This document shows, one piece after another, positions 40,853-52,500 of a stretch of DNA of 64,000 nucleotides (within the stretch, counting starts at the first letter, position 1; the number at the start of each line of letters is the position of its first letter). The position numbers and the translations under genes are program-made. The stretch comes from Octopus bimaculoides (taxonomy: Eukaryota): contig NC_068983.1 of assembly GCF_001194135.2 (NCBI RefSeq), forward strand, positions 128,498,211-128,562,210, given 5' to 3'. A model generated the notes under the pieces. The model saw only the letters and a program-made list of their open reading frames with translations. It was not told the origin of the DNA and made no database searches.

Positions 40853-40916
40853 AGGATTTCAAGTTTATTCAGGATTTTCAAGTTTATTCAGGATTTTCAA
40901 GCTTATTCAGGATTTT
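40853..40916. repeat. 19-bp tandem repeat (aggattttcaagtttattc, about 3.4 copies)
   Basis: Copies start at 40853, 40871, 40890 and 40909. Confidence 0.9.
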
Positions 40917-42107
40917 TGCTGATTATCTATGACTACCTTCCATCTATTTACAAACTTTTTAGTCCCATCAATGTAAAACTCCTTTGGTTTCAAAGGGAAG
41001 AACTCTGAAACGTCAGTTTCCACCTCCTCCTGGCTTGCGAAAGTTATGTCACCCATATCCTTTTGTAAACTACGAAACAAATGGTAGTCTGAAGGTGCAA
41101 CGTTGGGAGAATCAGGTGTATGAGGAATTTTTTCCCAACCAGGCTCTTCGATCTTCTGTGGTGTGATTTTGCAGTGTGGGGTGACGCATTGGCCTGATGA
41201 AAAATCACTCCTTTTCGATTCACTAAAGCGGGTCATTTTTCTTCTTGGTTCAAACGCTCTAATTGCTGACAGAAGATTTCAGCATTGATTGTTGCATTAG
41301 GTGGTAACGATTCAAAGTGAATTGCTCCTTTGCAATCCCATCAGATACAGAAGAATCTTTTCCCTATGAAGTTCCATTCTCGGTTGTGGTTGATGTTTTT
41401 TCCCTTTTACCAAGCCACTGTTTACAACGTTTGACATTTCTACAGAGGATACATTTTTCGTTAGCAGTCACAAGTCTATCTAAAAAAGGCGAAATGAGTT
41501 CGCGAGAATAGAGAGAAGAGCAGGTGTCAACTCGGAATTTGCGGTTGCTTTCGGATAATCCATGAGGCACCCATTTTCTAAGTTTAGGAAGCTTTCCAAG
41601 TTGATGAAGATGGCGATGAACAGTTGTATGGTTTGAACCAAGCTTTATTGCCAATTCTTTAACTGATGATGCAGGATTTTTTTCAAGTAATGGCTCAAGG
41701 AGCTTATCATCAAACTCAACTGGACGTCCTGTTCGATCGTCACCTTCAAGGCTGAACTCTCCACTTCTGAATTTTGCAAACAATCTTCTGCAAGTTCTTT
41801 CATTCAAGCATTCTTTCCCTTAAACTGAGTGTATGTGTCGAGTTGCTTCAGCTGCAGAGTTTCCTTTTTTGTACTCATAAAGTATTATGTGCCTTAAATG
41901 CTTTTTGGATACTTTCATGTTATAAAGGGTTTTAATGAAAGATATTTTAATTCAATCATTTAGTAAAATAATATCTAAGTAGTTTAAATGTACACACATA
42001 CATAAAAATAAGTTTTAATTCCATTAGACATTGTAAAATACTATTAAATTTCATTCAATTTTTAAAAAAAAGGTAAAATCGGACAGAATTTATGGGATGA
42101 CCTGATA
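40907..42107 (-). mobile_element. Mariner transposon with one intact TIR and a pseudogenised transposase (41918 to about 40907)
   Basis: MKVSKKHLRHIILYEYKKG, FRSGEFSL, WVPHGL, VTANEK, HQANASPH and PNVAPSDYHLFRSLQ. TIR cggacagaatttatgggatgacctga followed by TA ends at 42107. In-frame stop and frameshifts. Confidence 0.95.
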
Positions 42108-42240
42108 TTTTCATCCTCATACTCCACATCTTGAATATTTCAATTCCATGCTTCTTATATTTGAACAGTCTCTCCATACACTTCTGGGGAATGTTTTCTT
42201 CAGTAGGGATTGCGATGTCTATCGGTGTACAAAATTTCAT
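42108..42240 (-). mobile_element. R4/Dong-like REL endonuclease fragment
   Basis: PIDIAIPTEENIPQKCMERLFKYKKHGIEIFKMW. Confidence 0.75.
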
Positions 42241-42299
42241 TATTGTTATCAGTCATTTACATCCTTTTTTTATATATTCAGTAAATATTTGTACGTATG

Positions 42300-42437
42300 A
42301 AGTCTTTATCCCCCTTTTGCTTTTCTCTATATTTCTGCATTTGTCTTCGTATCTATTCGGAGTATGCCTATAGCTATGCGCCTCTGTAAGAACTATGTAG
42401 GTATGAAATACACCTTCGAAGCAGATAAAAAATAGTG

Positions 42438-42515
<78 letters not shown>

Positions 42516-42850
42516 ACAGCAGCAGCAGCAGCATTTCTTGGTATGTTCATGGACTTTACATTTTATTGCAGAGTATAGCACAAATAAGAAAAAAAACGCA
42601 TGACGCAGATATATCTAATGATTATATGCGAATATATATATATATANNNNNNNNNNNNNNNNNNNNNNNNNNNNNNNNNNNNNNNNNNNNNNNNNNNNNN
42701 NNNNNNNNNNNNNNNNNNNNNNNNNNNNNNNNNNNNNNNNNNNNNNNNNNNNNNNNNNNNNATATATATATGTATAGCATAGCGAAAACCGGACCAACAG
42801 CTTCGTCTATATTGGCATGTGACATGATCGATATAACATGCATTCTTGCA
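42300..42850 (+). repeat. Copy 1 of a local diverged duplication (partner at 46200-46545)
   Basis: Shared colinear blocks tttctgcatttgtcttc, (TAG)n, cttggtat, ttacattttattgc, catgacgc.gatatatct and aaaccggaccaacag. Confidence 0.8.
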
Positions 42851-42989
42851 TGAATATCGGGCTTACAACCTACAGCCTACAGTTCCATGCTATATGTTCG
42901 TCTCAAATAGTCAATACTTTCCTTATGCTCCTAACTGTGCTTATGAGGAAAACCTTTTATGACATTTTTACTTGGCACTTTATTATTTA

Positions 42990-43540
42990 TATTCCTCTTA
43001 ATGGCTAGAGGTAGTGGTGTCTAGGACCCAACCAACTCCGCTTTCTTCATTTTCCACAGTCGAGCTACGTGGTATATTTTTTCGCCTTCCTTTTTGACTA
43101 TTCATGGATTAAAGGGTCACTCATCATAAATTATAGAGCACCCATGGTTCACCTTGTCCACCACCAATAGGTCTGGCTTGTTGTGCTCAAGTACAGGATG
43201 TGTTTGGATTGGTAAATCTCACAGGATTGTGCAGGTTTCTCTCTATAGTATTTGCTTATACGAGGTCTGGCATTATTCAAGTCTCCACTCTTGGCATTAT
43301 TATCAATGTAGCATTTTCGCTATTTCATCGAGTCACCACAAGTTGTATTGCTTTTCGGTAAATCGAGAGCACTTGTTTATAATATAGACAATGATTTCCT
43401 CAACTCTATTACAGATTAGGGACAGGGGAGACAATCACTCATTCAAGGTTTACATTCCAATTGGTGGCCTATGCTTTGTCTTGCGCAGCCAGTATAGCAC
43501 GCTAATTCACTTTTCTCAGTGTTCCCATCTTATTATTATG
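42990..43540 (-). mobile_element. R4/Dong-like C-terminal relic
   Basis: Minus frames give AILAAQDKA, TIL.DLPIQTHPVLEHNKPDLLVVDK and KKEGEKI. The 5' side abuts (ATT)n at 43550-43640. Confidence 0.75.
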
Positions 43541-43553
43541 ATGATCATCATCA

Positions 43554-43639
<86 letters not shown>

Positions 43640-43999
43640 AACAATAACATCGAAAAATACNNNNNNNNNNNNNNNNNNNNNNNNNNNNNNNNNNNNNNNN
43701 NNNNNNNNNNNNNNNNNNNNNNNNNNNNNNNNNNNNNNNNNNNNNNNNNNNNNNNNNNNNNNNNNNNNNNNNNNNNNNNNNNNNNNNNNNNNNNNNNNNN
43801 NNNNNNNNNNNNNNNNNNNNNNNNNNNNNNNNNNNNNNNNNNNNNNNNNNNNNNNNNNNNNNNNNNNNNNNNNNNNNNNNNNNNNNNNNNNNNNNNNNNN
43901 NNNNNNNNNNNNNNNNNNNNNNNNNNNNNNNNNNNNNNNNNNNNNNNNNNNNNNNNNNNNNNNNNNNNNNNNNNNNNNNNNNNNNNNTATACCTAATTA

Positions 44000-44085
<86 letters not shown>

Positions 44086-46199
44086 TACTGATATTATCCT
44101 GCGTATCCCATTCTGTGTGTGTTCCTGCTTTTTCTTTCTATTTTGTTCATTGTTTCTAAAATTGGTTGATTCTTTCTGCCTCTAAATACTCGGAATTATC
44201 ACAAAGAGTGGTGAGTTGTTTGTCTTCAATTTATTTTCTGTTCTCTTTAGGCAGAATACATATTTTCGAAAATATTTGTATACTTTTTTCGCTTAGCTAT
44301 ATTCCAACGTGTTTATTTGTATTGAGTTAGCGAGAAGCAGTGTTCGCCATAGTGGTGATGCGTCAACGTAAACAAATTTCTGCACAAAATATTTTTTACA
44401 AAATTATAAAAGAATTAATAGAAATAAAAAATAAACCTAACAAGCTTGAACAAACAGACACATACTGAGGCAAAAACCAACGTTACAAAGGACTGTGACA
44501 AAATTGATTTATGCATTCACAGCAAACAGCATCCCCCAAAACAACCGCAGCTGCAGCACTAACTGCATTTACAACAATTGCAACTAAAATAACAATAATG
44601 CTCACACAAATTTTGTCTAGAATAAATATAATTGGTTTTTGAATCACTTTTACGAACATTTTTTGTTCAAGAACACTTTCTGGACATATACAATATGATA
44701 TAGATAATGACAACAACAATAATAATATTAATAATACATCGGAGATGTGATTCACAACAGGTGATTTCTACAAGCTTGAGGAATATTTCCAGTTATAGAT
44801 AAAATGGATTAAACATGCCTCGCCAAGAGTGGGGTTAGGTTTTCCGTTGGGATCTCAAAGGAGCAGATGAGTAATATATGACTTATTTATCAGGCAGGAA
44901 AATCGCATGTTGGCACCTCAATCATGTTCTAGGCGGATGGTAAGGTGAATCAACAAACGGATATGGTGTTACGTGCACAGCCTAATATTCTAATGCGTAT
45001 GCTATTGCGATGCAGGGCCGACAATTAATGGCATTGTTATTGATATTGACGACTTGTTTATTGTCCTCTTTGTGGTATAATACCGAGAGTGTGTAAATGC
45101 AGAAATTACCACCTTTACGACTCCGAACAGGTCCTGAAATTAATAGGACTAGTGCTGAATAGTGACACGTGCTACATACAGAAACAAAAGCGATGGTATA
45201 CAGGTTACTGAGAAAGCAGTCCGATTTATACACTTATGTGAGTAGGATGTACTTGAAGGTGTTCGGATCTCAGGAAGCAGAAAGGCAGAGAGAGAGGAGA
45301 AAGGAGAGTTGCAGAAAGAGAGTGAGAGAGAGAGAGAGAGAGGGGGGGGAGAGAGAAGGATGAATACAACATAAACAACAGCAATAGGACAGGTTGTAGA
45401 TCTCCCTTGTGCTCTCAGAAGCTAGGAAATATTTCACTTATCTAGTAATTACAGTACCATCTGTTTGTCTTCAAAAGTGAAGAATTCGTAGTGAGCGACC
45501 AGAGTAAAACGTTTTGCAATTGGTGCAAGCGTCATAAAAGCTCCAGAAATGTAACAAACTAAAACTGATGTGGATGGACTGCTTTTCGCGGTCATGTTTT
45601 TCACGATTGCACAAAGTATCACATTTTTAGGCTATTTGTTTTATGAAAATTATAAAAAAATAAAGTACGTCTAGTCTTCTTAAATAATATGAAAAGCCTC
45701 ACCACATCCAAACGCCCAAATGTTCTTTTGTTGCAGAGAAGTTATGCAAAAATAAGAGGAACCTACCACGCTGATGTTAAAAGATCTTTCCACGGCAAAT
45801 AACAAATTGAACAACCGGGGGAAGTGAATGGAGAGCAAGAGAGCTAGTTGAATTAAGTGAGGAAGAAGAGGACACCAAAAGCATTAGTTGTCTCTGCAAG
45901 TGAAAAGCTGCATTAGTATTTTGTGTAGGTTTTGTGGCATGGTCTTCCCCAAAAGTTTTCACAACCATACTCGGTTACATTACAGTGGTAGGCTAATGTG
46001 ATAGCGCTCTACACCGGCTTAACTGGTGAGTATTCATCAGCCTCTGTGTGCATAATTCTAGAATTTTTGTCGTTTATTCTCCTGTTACATTAAGTATTTT
46101 TATATAATTATCAATTTATTCCTCGTTTAATTTACATCACACTTATATTTTTCAATAGCCAGTTATTGATTGAACGTGTAATATCTTTATCCACTCATT

Positions 46200-46332
46200 G
46201 TTTTTCTCTGTGTTTCTGCATTTGTCTTCACATCTCTAAGAACTATGCCTATGTTATTTTTTCTATAGTAGAAATGAAAGGCACCTTTGAAACACATAAA
46301 AATATTGTTGTTGTTACTATTGCTAGTACTGT

Positions 46333-46372
<40 letters not shown>

Positions 46373-46545
46373 CCTTGGTATTTTCACGGAGCTTACATTT
46401 TATTGCTGAGTATAGCGTGGAAATAAAAAAAAGAGAAAACACATGACGCGGATATATCTGATGGCTATACATAAATATATCTAACATAGAGTAAACCGGA
46501 CCAACAGTTTCATCTATATAGACATATAACATGATTGATGTTGTT
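46200..46545 (+). repeat. Copy 2 of the local diverged duplication
   Basis: Same colinear blocks as 42300-42850. Confidence 0.8.
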
Positions 46546-47204
46546 CCTGTACACTCACATGACCGTAGCCTTATATGTTTCTCGTTTCTTTTAAACTATG
46601 ACAACGTATATTATACAAATAATTTAGCATCGCATTTAATATTTTGTGAAGGAAGAGAACAATAAAACAGATACATACTCTCGCTGTATGTATCTAATCA
46701 TGTTTTAGCCATCAATATATCACCGGTAAGAACTATTATTTTCCAGAATATTCTAAGATAAAAAAGAATGTCATATATATCTTTTCATAAAGTTAAGAAG
46801 GGAATATGTATCTGGCTGACCGATTTGGCTTTATAAATTTAAAAAGATATTCCGCTAGTAATATATAAAGAATATACGAGTTCGAATCACAGGAAATGTA
46901 TTGCCTCGATCTTCTTTTCTTTGTATGCGTGTGTATATATGTGAGAGTATGCTTGTGTGTGTGTGTACACGCGTATACGTATGTATGTATGTATGTATGT
47001 ATGTACATCTTTATGTGTGTGCTTGTTTGCGCGTTTGTACATATAAAGTGTTACAGTATTCACCCCGCGTTCGTTGTAAAACCTATCTATAGATTATCTG
47101 ATATAAACACATCTCCCTTCTGTTACAGTTATGCTGCGACAGAAAAGAAAGAACACAAGAACATGTAATCTTTGATAGGCTATATATGCAAATCTACTAC
47201 ATAT

Positions 47205-47400
47205 GTGGGAAATTCTGTCTGTGGGTGTGTTTGTGGAGTTGTTAGCTAACTCCTCCTACATCGTTTTATCGATTTTGATGAAACTTGACACGTGAGTAGA
47301 ACTTATGTGTGGAAACCTCATGGCATAGACTTATTTTTGAAAGAAAAATTGATAATAGGGCCCCTGGAAGGGATCCTTTTATATAACGAATATATTTTAA
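47205..47400. mobile_element. Possible non-autonomous Helitron/HINE-like repeat fragment
   Basis: gtctgtgggtgtgtttgtg...tcgattttgatgaaacttg resembles the subterminal motif of such elements. No other support. Confidence 0.3.
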
Positions 47401-48402
47401 CCCATTCATTTTTCTAAATTATTTGGTATAAATCAAATTGAACATGCTTATTTCTTTGTATTCGAACTATTAGAGTTATTTTGCAATTCATACAGTGCAA
47501 CCTTAAACATGTATATAGTATTTCCCTAAATAATTGATCCACTTATTTCGGCTAATGACTTATTCACGAATATACCAACACTAGCGTCGCTGAGTGTTAT
47601 ATTCTCTGGGAACACACAAAAGCCTTTTTCAGAGTTATGTACTTTGAATTGTTATTATCTCATATCTGATTAGCCTGCTAGTACGTAACATGCTTCACGA
47701 TTTTAGTATACCGTATTAGTATTTCCTCCTAAGTTCTATATTCTCTGGAAATGCATTAAAGCCCTTTTCGGGGCTACTTTATTTGAATTCTTACTATCAG
47801 GTTACACATTTCATGTTATTACATAACTATCTTCACAATTTGGGTGTTCATAACTTATTGGGAATTCCTAAAAACAAGATCATGTGCAAGATAGTTCGTT
47901 ATTCTCAGTAAATGCACAGAAACCGTTTTAAGGGATACATATTTTGTATTGTTGTTATTCGAATAACGAAACAATTATGAGAACGGCACCAAGGGATAAG
48001 CTCCGCTTACCCCAGAATTACCGAGTACGTCAGCAAATATATAATATAGGAGGAAAATGTTAAGCCTAAAATTGGATTTAATCATTGCTGAGCGGTATCG
48101 ATGGTTACCATCAGCAAAATTTGGAATATATCCTTTTAGAATAAAGAAAGCTGCGTTTAATAACGTCGTCTTCTTACACAATATCTGGAAAACGAAACAA
48201 ATGTGTGTCAGTAATAAAATGAATTTGGGTTATAAAATGGGTACTCTGTCTAAACAAAGACATAAGCAAATTGCTACGTATTGAATGGACATTACTATAC
48301 TTTAGAATTAAAACCACTGGAAAAGGAATGATTCAAAACTTCTTCGGCTTTATTTACATTATTTACATTTGACGGATATTTTTTCTCATCTCGTTTGCTA
48401 TT

Positions 48403-48448
48403 AACATAACATTTCGGCTGATATACACTCCAGCCTTCATCAGCTGTC
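48403..48448 (-). ncRNA. Minimal type I hammerhead ribozyme motif, catalytic core intact
   Basis: Reverse complement: GACAG CTGATGA A GGCTG-gagtgtatat-CAGCC GAAA TGTT ATGTT. CUGAUGA and GAAA are intact. Palindromic ACGT is changed to ATGT. Confidence 0.7.
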
Positions 48449-48898
48449 TTAAGGAAGTTTCGAAGCTGGGTTCACATTCCTAAGGTATTTTTCGATGTTA
48501 TTCTCTACATCTACACAGGAAAGTTAGTTAGTTTGAAAGATGAGCTAGTTTATGATGGAGTGTCTCTATATATCTCCATTGAAGTCTAATGTCGGCTTCG
48601 TAATGATTAGATAATACAGTTCTATTTCTAACAGATGAGGAATTATGTACCTTATTTACATTAAATATCCGTCAAATGAAAATAATCTAATACTGCACAT
48701 AATTCCTCATCTTTTCATTATAGTACTGTATTATCGAATCGGTACGGAGCCGACATTAGACTTCAATGGAGATATATAGAGAAACTCCATCAAAAACTAG
48801 CTGGTCTTTCAAACCATCTAACTTTCCTGTGTAGGTCTACAAAAATAACATCGAAAAATATCTTAGGGATGAGAACCCAGGTTCAAAAGTATCCCCAA

Positions 48899-48944
48899 GA
48901 GATCCGATGAAGGCCGGAGGGTATATCAGCCGAAACGTTGTGTT
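48899..48944 (+). ncRNA. Minimal type I hammerhead ribozyme motif, one core substitution
   Basis: GAGAT CCGATGA A GGCCG-gagggtatat-CAGCC GAAACGTT GTGTT. Confidence 0.65.
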
Positions 48945-49218
48945 AGCAACAAAAAAGATGAGGACAAATATCCGTCAAATGTAAATAATGTAAATAATGT
49001 ACATAACTCCCCATCTCTTAATTATAGAACTGCATTCTTCGGCTTTCTTTGTACATTTTATTTCTTAAATTTGGGAAATGAATCTACATTAACGTTACAT
49101 TAAACTAAGAAAGATTGCGGTTATATAAATATGTATAATTATATATAGCTATAATATGTGTTTGCATGTATGTTTTTGGACGTGTCGATATGTACGTACG
49201 TATGCATGTATGTGTGAA

Positions 49219-49595
49219 GGAGCAATGGCCTACTGGCTAGGGCAGCGTACTCACAATCGTAGTATCGCTATTTCGATTCTCACGCCGGGCGTTGTGAGTG
49301 TTTATTGAGCGACAACACCTAAAAGCTCCACGAGGCTCCGGCAGGGAGTAGTGGTGAACCATGCTGTGTTCTTTCACCACAACTATTTCACATACTTTCT
49401 TTATGTTTCTGTTATACCTGTATTTCAAAGGGCCAGCCTTGTCGCACTCTGCGTCACGCTGAATTTCCCCTAGAACTACGTTAAGGCTACACCTGTCTGT
49501 GGAGTGCTCAACCACTTGCAAGTTAATTTCACGAGTAAGCTATTCCGTTGATCGGATCAACTGGAACTCTTGTCGTCGCAACTGACAGACTGCCA
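49219..49595 (+). mobile_element. tRNA-derived SINE family C, full length, in an (ATGT)n context
   Basis: Head ggagcaatggcctactgg (A box) ... tttcgattc (B box), a ~300-nt body and an (ATGT)n tail. Confidence 0.75.
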
Positions 49596-52500
49596 TGATG
49601 TATGTATGTATGTATGTAAAGGTGTGAATGTGTACTTTAACTTTGACTTGATTTCCTTGTTGGCTTGTGCATGCTGTGCTCGCATTAATTCGATGATCTT
49701 GATAACTAACCTTTAGTTAAAATTCATGAACCAACAAGTCTGTATGTGTGTGTTTGTATGTGTGAGTTTGTATGTGTGTGTGTGTGTGCATGTGTGTGTG
49801 TGTGTGCGTGTGTTTAAAATATATTTGTCATTCAAAATACATTGTGAAGTTTCTGTTTTGATTTGCTTTCCTATATAATTTTATCTTTAATTCATTACTA
49901 ACAAACTTAGTCAAGAATCAAGGAGAACAAGAAAAAAAAATCTGAGAATAAAAGTAAAAAAGACAAATTGGTATGCTGTCAAAATCAAAATTATTTTCAT
50001 TCATCCAGAGTTCGCTAGCGTTTTTCCAAAGAGCATCAAATGTCAGCCTAACAGCCGAAACCAATTGTAAGGATGTCGTATACGAAACGAACATTGATAG
50101 ATGAGCTATTTTTAATGTATTTTTGTATTTTGTATATTATATATATTTTGATATATTGTGTAATGTATTTTCTTTTATTTCTAATTCACTGAAAAATATC
50201 ATAAGAAAATAATTTTCTGACATTTGGGATTTCTTTTTGTTTGCTGTCCAACAGTCATTGGTTTTAACATGACTCTGTAGTTAGACTTGTCAAAATGTTA
50301 TGGACATATGATGACAACAAGCCAAACATCCGTTCGACTATGTTATATTATTTGATTCGTTACAATAAAAACAAAAAGACAGATAATTGGCATGAACCTC
50401 AGTACGTAACTGGTACGTCTTGTATCGATCTTCTGCCATCGTATCTAGGCCTAGCTTAAGTATATTAAGAGAACCGGTTATAAGTCAGACACTAGGATCC
50501 TTCTCTTTACCTCTCTTTAACGATCTAATAAGATGCAGAGATGTTAGGCTCATGTGTGTGTATAAGAACTGCTGTAAAAATGTTGAGTTTGAAAGTTTTA
50601 AAAACATACTTCGGATTTATTTGAGGATTCACTCTCTAGCTCTGATCACATCAGAGACTGAGGTTATTTACCCCTGCTGAAGAAACATAATCCTGGATAT
50701 GGAACCTAAACCAGTTTCCAATGGCAGAAACCAGATGATGAAGCAGGAATTGAGGGCAGTATATATTTATCGATAACACCAATGAAATACAAAGTCTAGA
50801 ATCGCTTAACTTAAAAAATATTCATAAAAGCAACAGAAGTAAATACTGGCGTCATTCTCACAGTTTATCATGATATTGTGACTCCACCGTTAGGAATCCA
50901 AACACTTTCTGCTCCTCTTTTGCTGCTTCAGTATTCGAATGTGCTGATGTTGGAGCATCGTCATCATGGGTGTTGTCGTTCTTGTCGAGCCCTTTACTTA
51001 CTTTTGTCCGGTGGTTCTCTTATCAAAAGTTTAGGTTAGGTTAGCTGAAAGTCCCTTTATTTATGTAAAAGTAAAGCATAATTAATATATAATAATGTTA
51101 TAGATTTGACATTCATTCGCATGTTAGACCTATTACTCACATCTATATATCACTCGTTGTCGGAGAATTGTTTATTAGATTCTGACAAGTCAACGAAGGG
51201 TTCTCTCCATATATTCGCTCGACTTCCTGGAAATGTCAACAAAATTTTTCTCATGTCATAATTCCCCGTCTCTTAAAGGGAAGCTGATGCTGAGGAATGT
51301 AGTCAAGATACAGTATGAGCAAAAAATGATGTGATATGAATACCAGGATAAACCTTGATCGTGATTGTGTGATCTGCTTTATGCACATAGGGAGTTTTCG
51401 GCCATCATGCTTTAAAATATGCATCTGTAGTCTTTATTGCAATAGTTTGTCTATAATTTGTTGTCTATAATTATTGCTTATAATTTAAATTCCCTGAAAT
51501 ACCTGCCCTAGTGTGAACATTTTTAAACCGACATTATTACTATTTTATCGGTGTTGGTTTGACAGAATCTTCAGAGTGTCTGTGAAGACAACTTGCAATA
51601 TTTCTTGCGGCTTGTTTTTAGTTTTGTATTCAAATTCCTACCGAAATTAATTTGCATTTATATACTTTAGATGCCAATGAACAAAGAACCACATAAATAC
51701 TACTGTCTTTAATATTTTCTAAACACCCCCATCAAAAATATCGATAATCTGTCTATGTTCGAAATAATATATAAATATAGGATATTATTGTTGCTAACTC
51801 TCTATTTGACAACATAATGTGGCTGTCCTGTAAGGGACGATATTATTGTTGCTTTAGCCCCAAGAAAAATCGTTTGTAGCTGGCTATACAACACAATATT
51901 TTCGAACGAGTTCAGCGCTCTGACCAAGTCTAAAGAAGAAATACTTGTGTAACTCATTTAAAAGTTACATGAATTTTCTATTGATATTCTTATATTGAGA
52001 TTGACAATCCTATAAGAGACAATTTTGATGGTCGACATACTAGAACTGAGTAAATTATCATAGATTTGAAGGTAACATATTTTGAAATAGTAAAATATGT
52101 TGTATCATGAAGTCTCTGATTTCAAGAAAGATAATAGGAAAAGTATGGTAAATGTTTGAGCCTCGCTGATCCTACGTTTAAACAACAAAAATAAGAGCAG
52201 ATAACTTATTAATGCCATTAACAATTTTATAAATCAGATACAGACTAACTTGTTCTAGATAATAGATTAAACTCTTAAACTGCAGTCAGAAGCTTAGGGG
52301 TTTGGAGGAATATGAAATGCCCCCATAATAGCCACTAATCACAGATTCACGCTGGCTTGGTCTGCAAATAGGTATTAAGAACCAATTTATGGGTCAAATA
52401 ACAGATGTTCATGTGATTAAGGAATTTAGGACACTCGTGTGAAAACATGTCCCACTGGTTTGTTAGCGCACCCTGATTTCCTCAATTATTCCTATACCAA

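Larger units (their letters stand above)
48352..49034. mobile_element. Foldback dimer of a ~304-nt Penelope-type hammerhead repeat, flanked by a 12-bp TSD
   Basis: Arms 48352-48650 (-) and 48695-48998 (+) are reverse complements, with an exact 34-nt block gccgacattagacttcaatggagatatatagaga. TSD ttcttcggcttt at 48340-48351 and 49035-49046. Confidence 0.9.
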
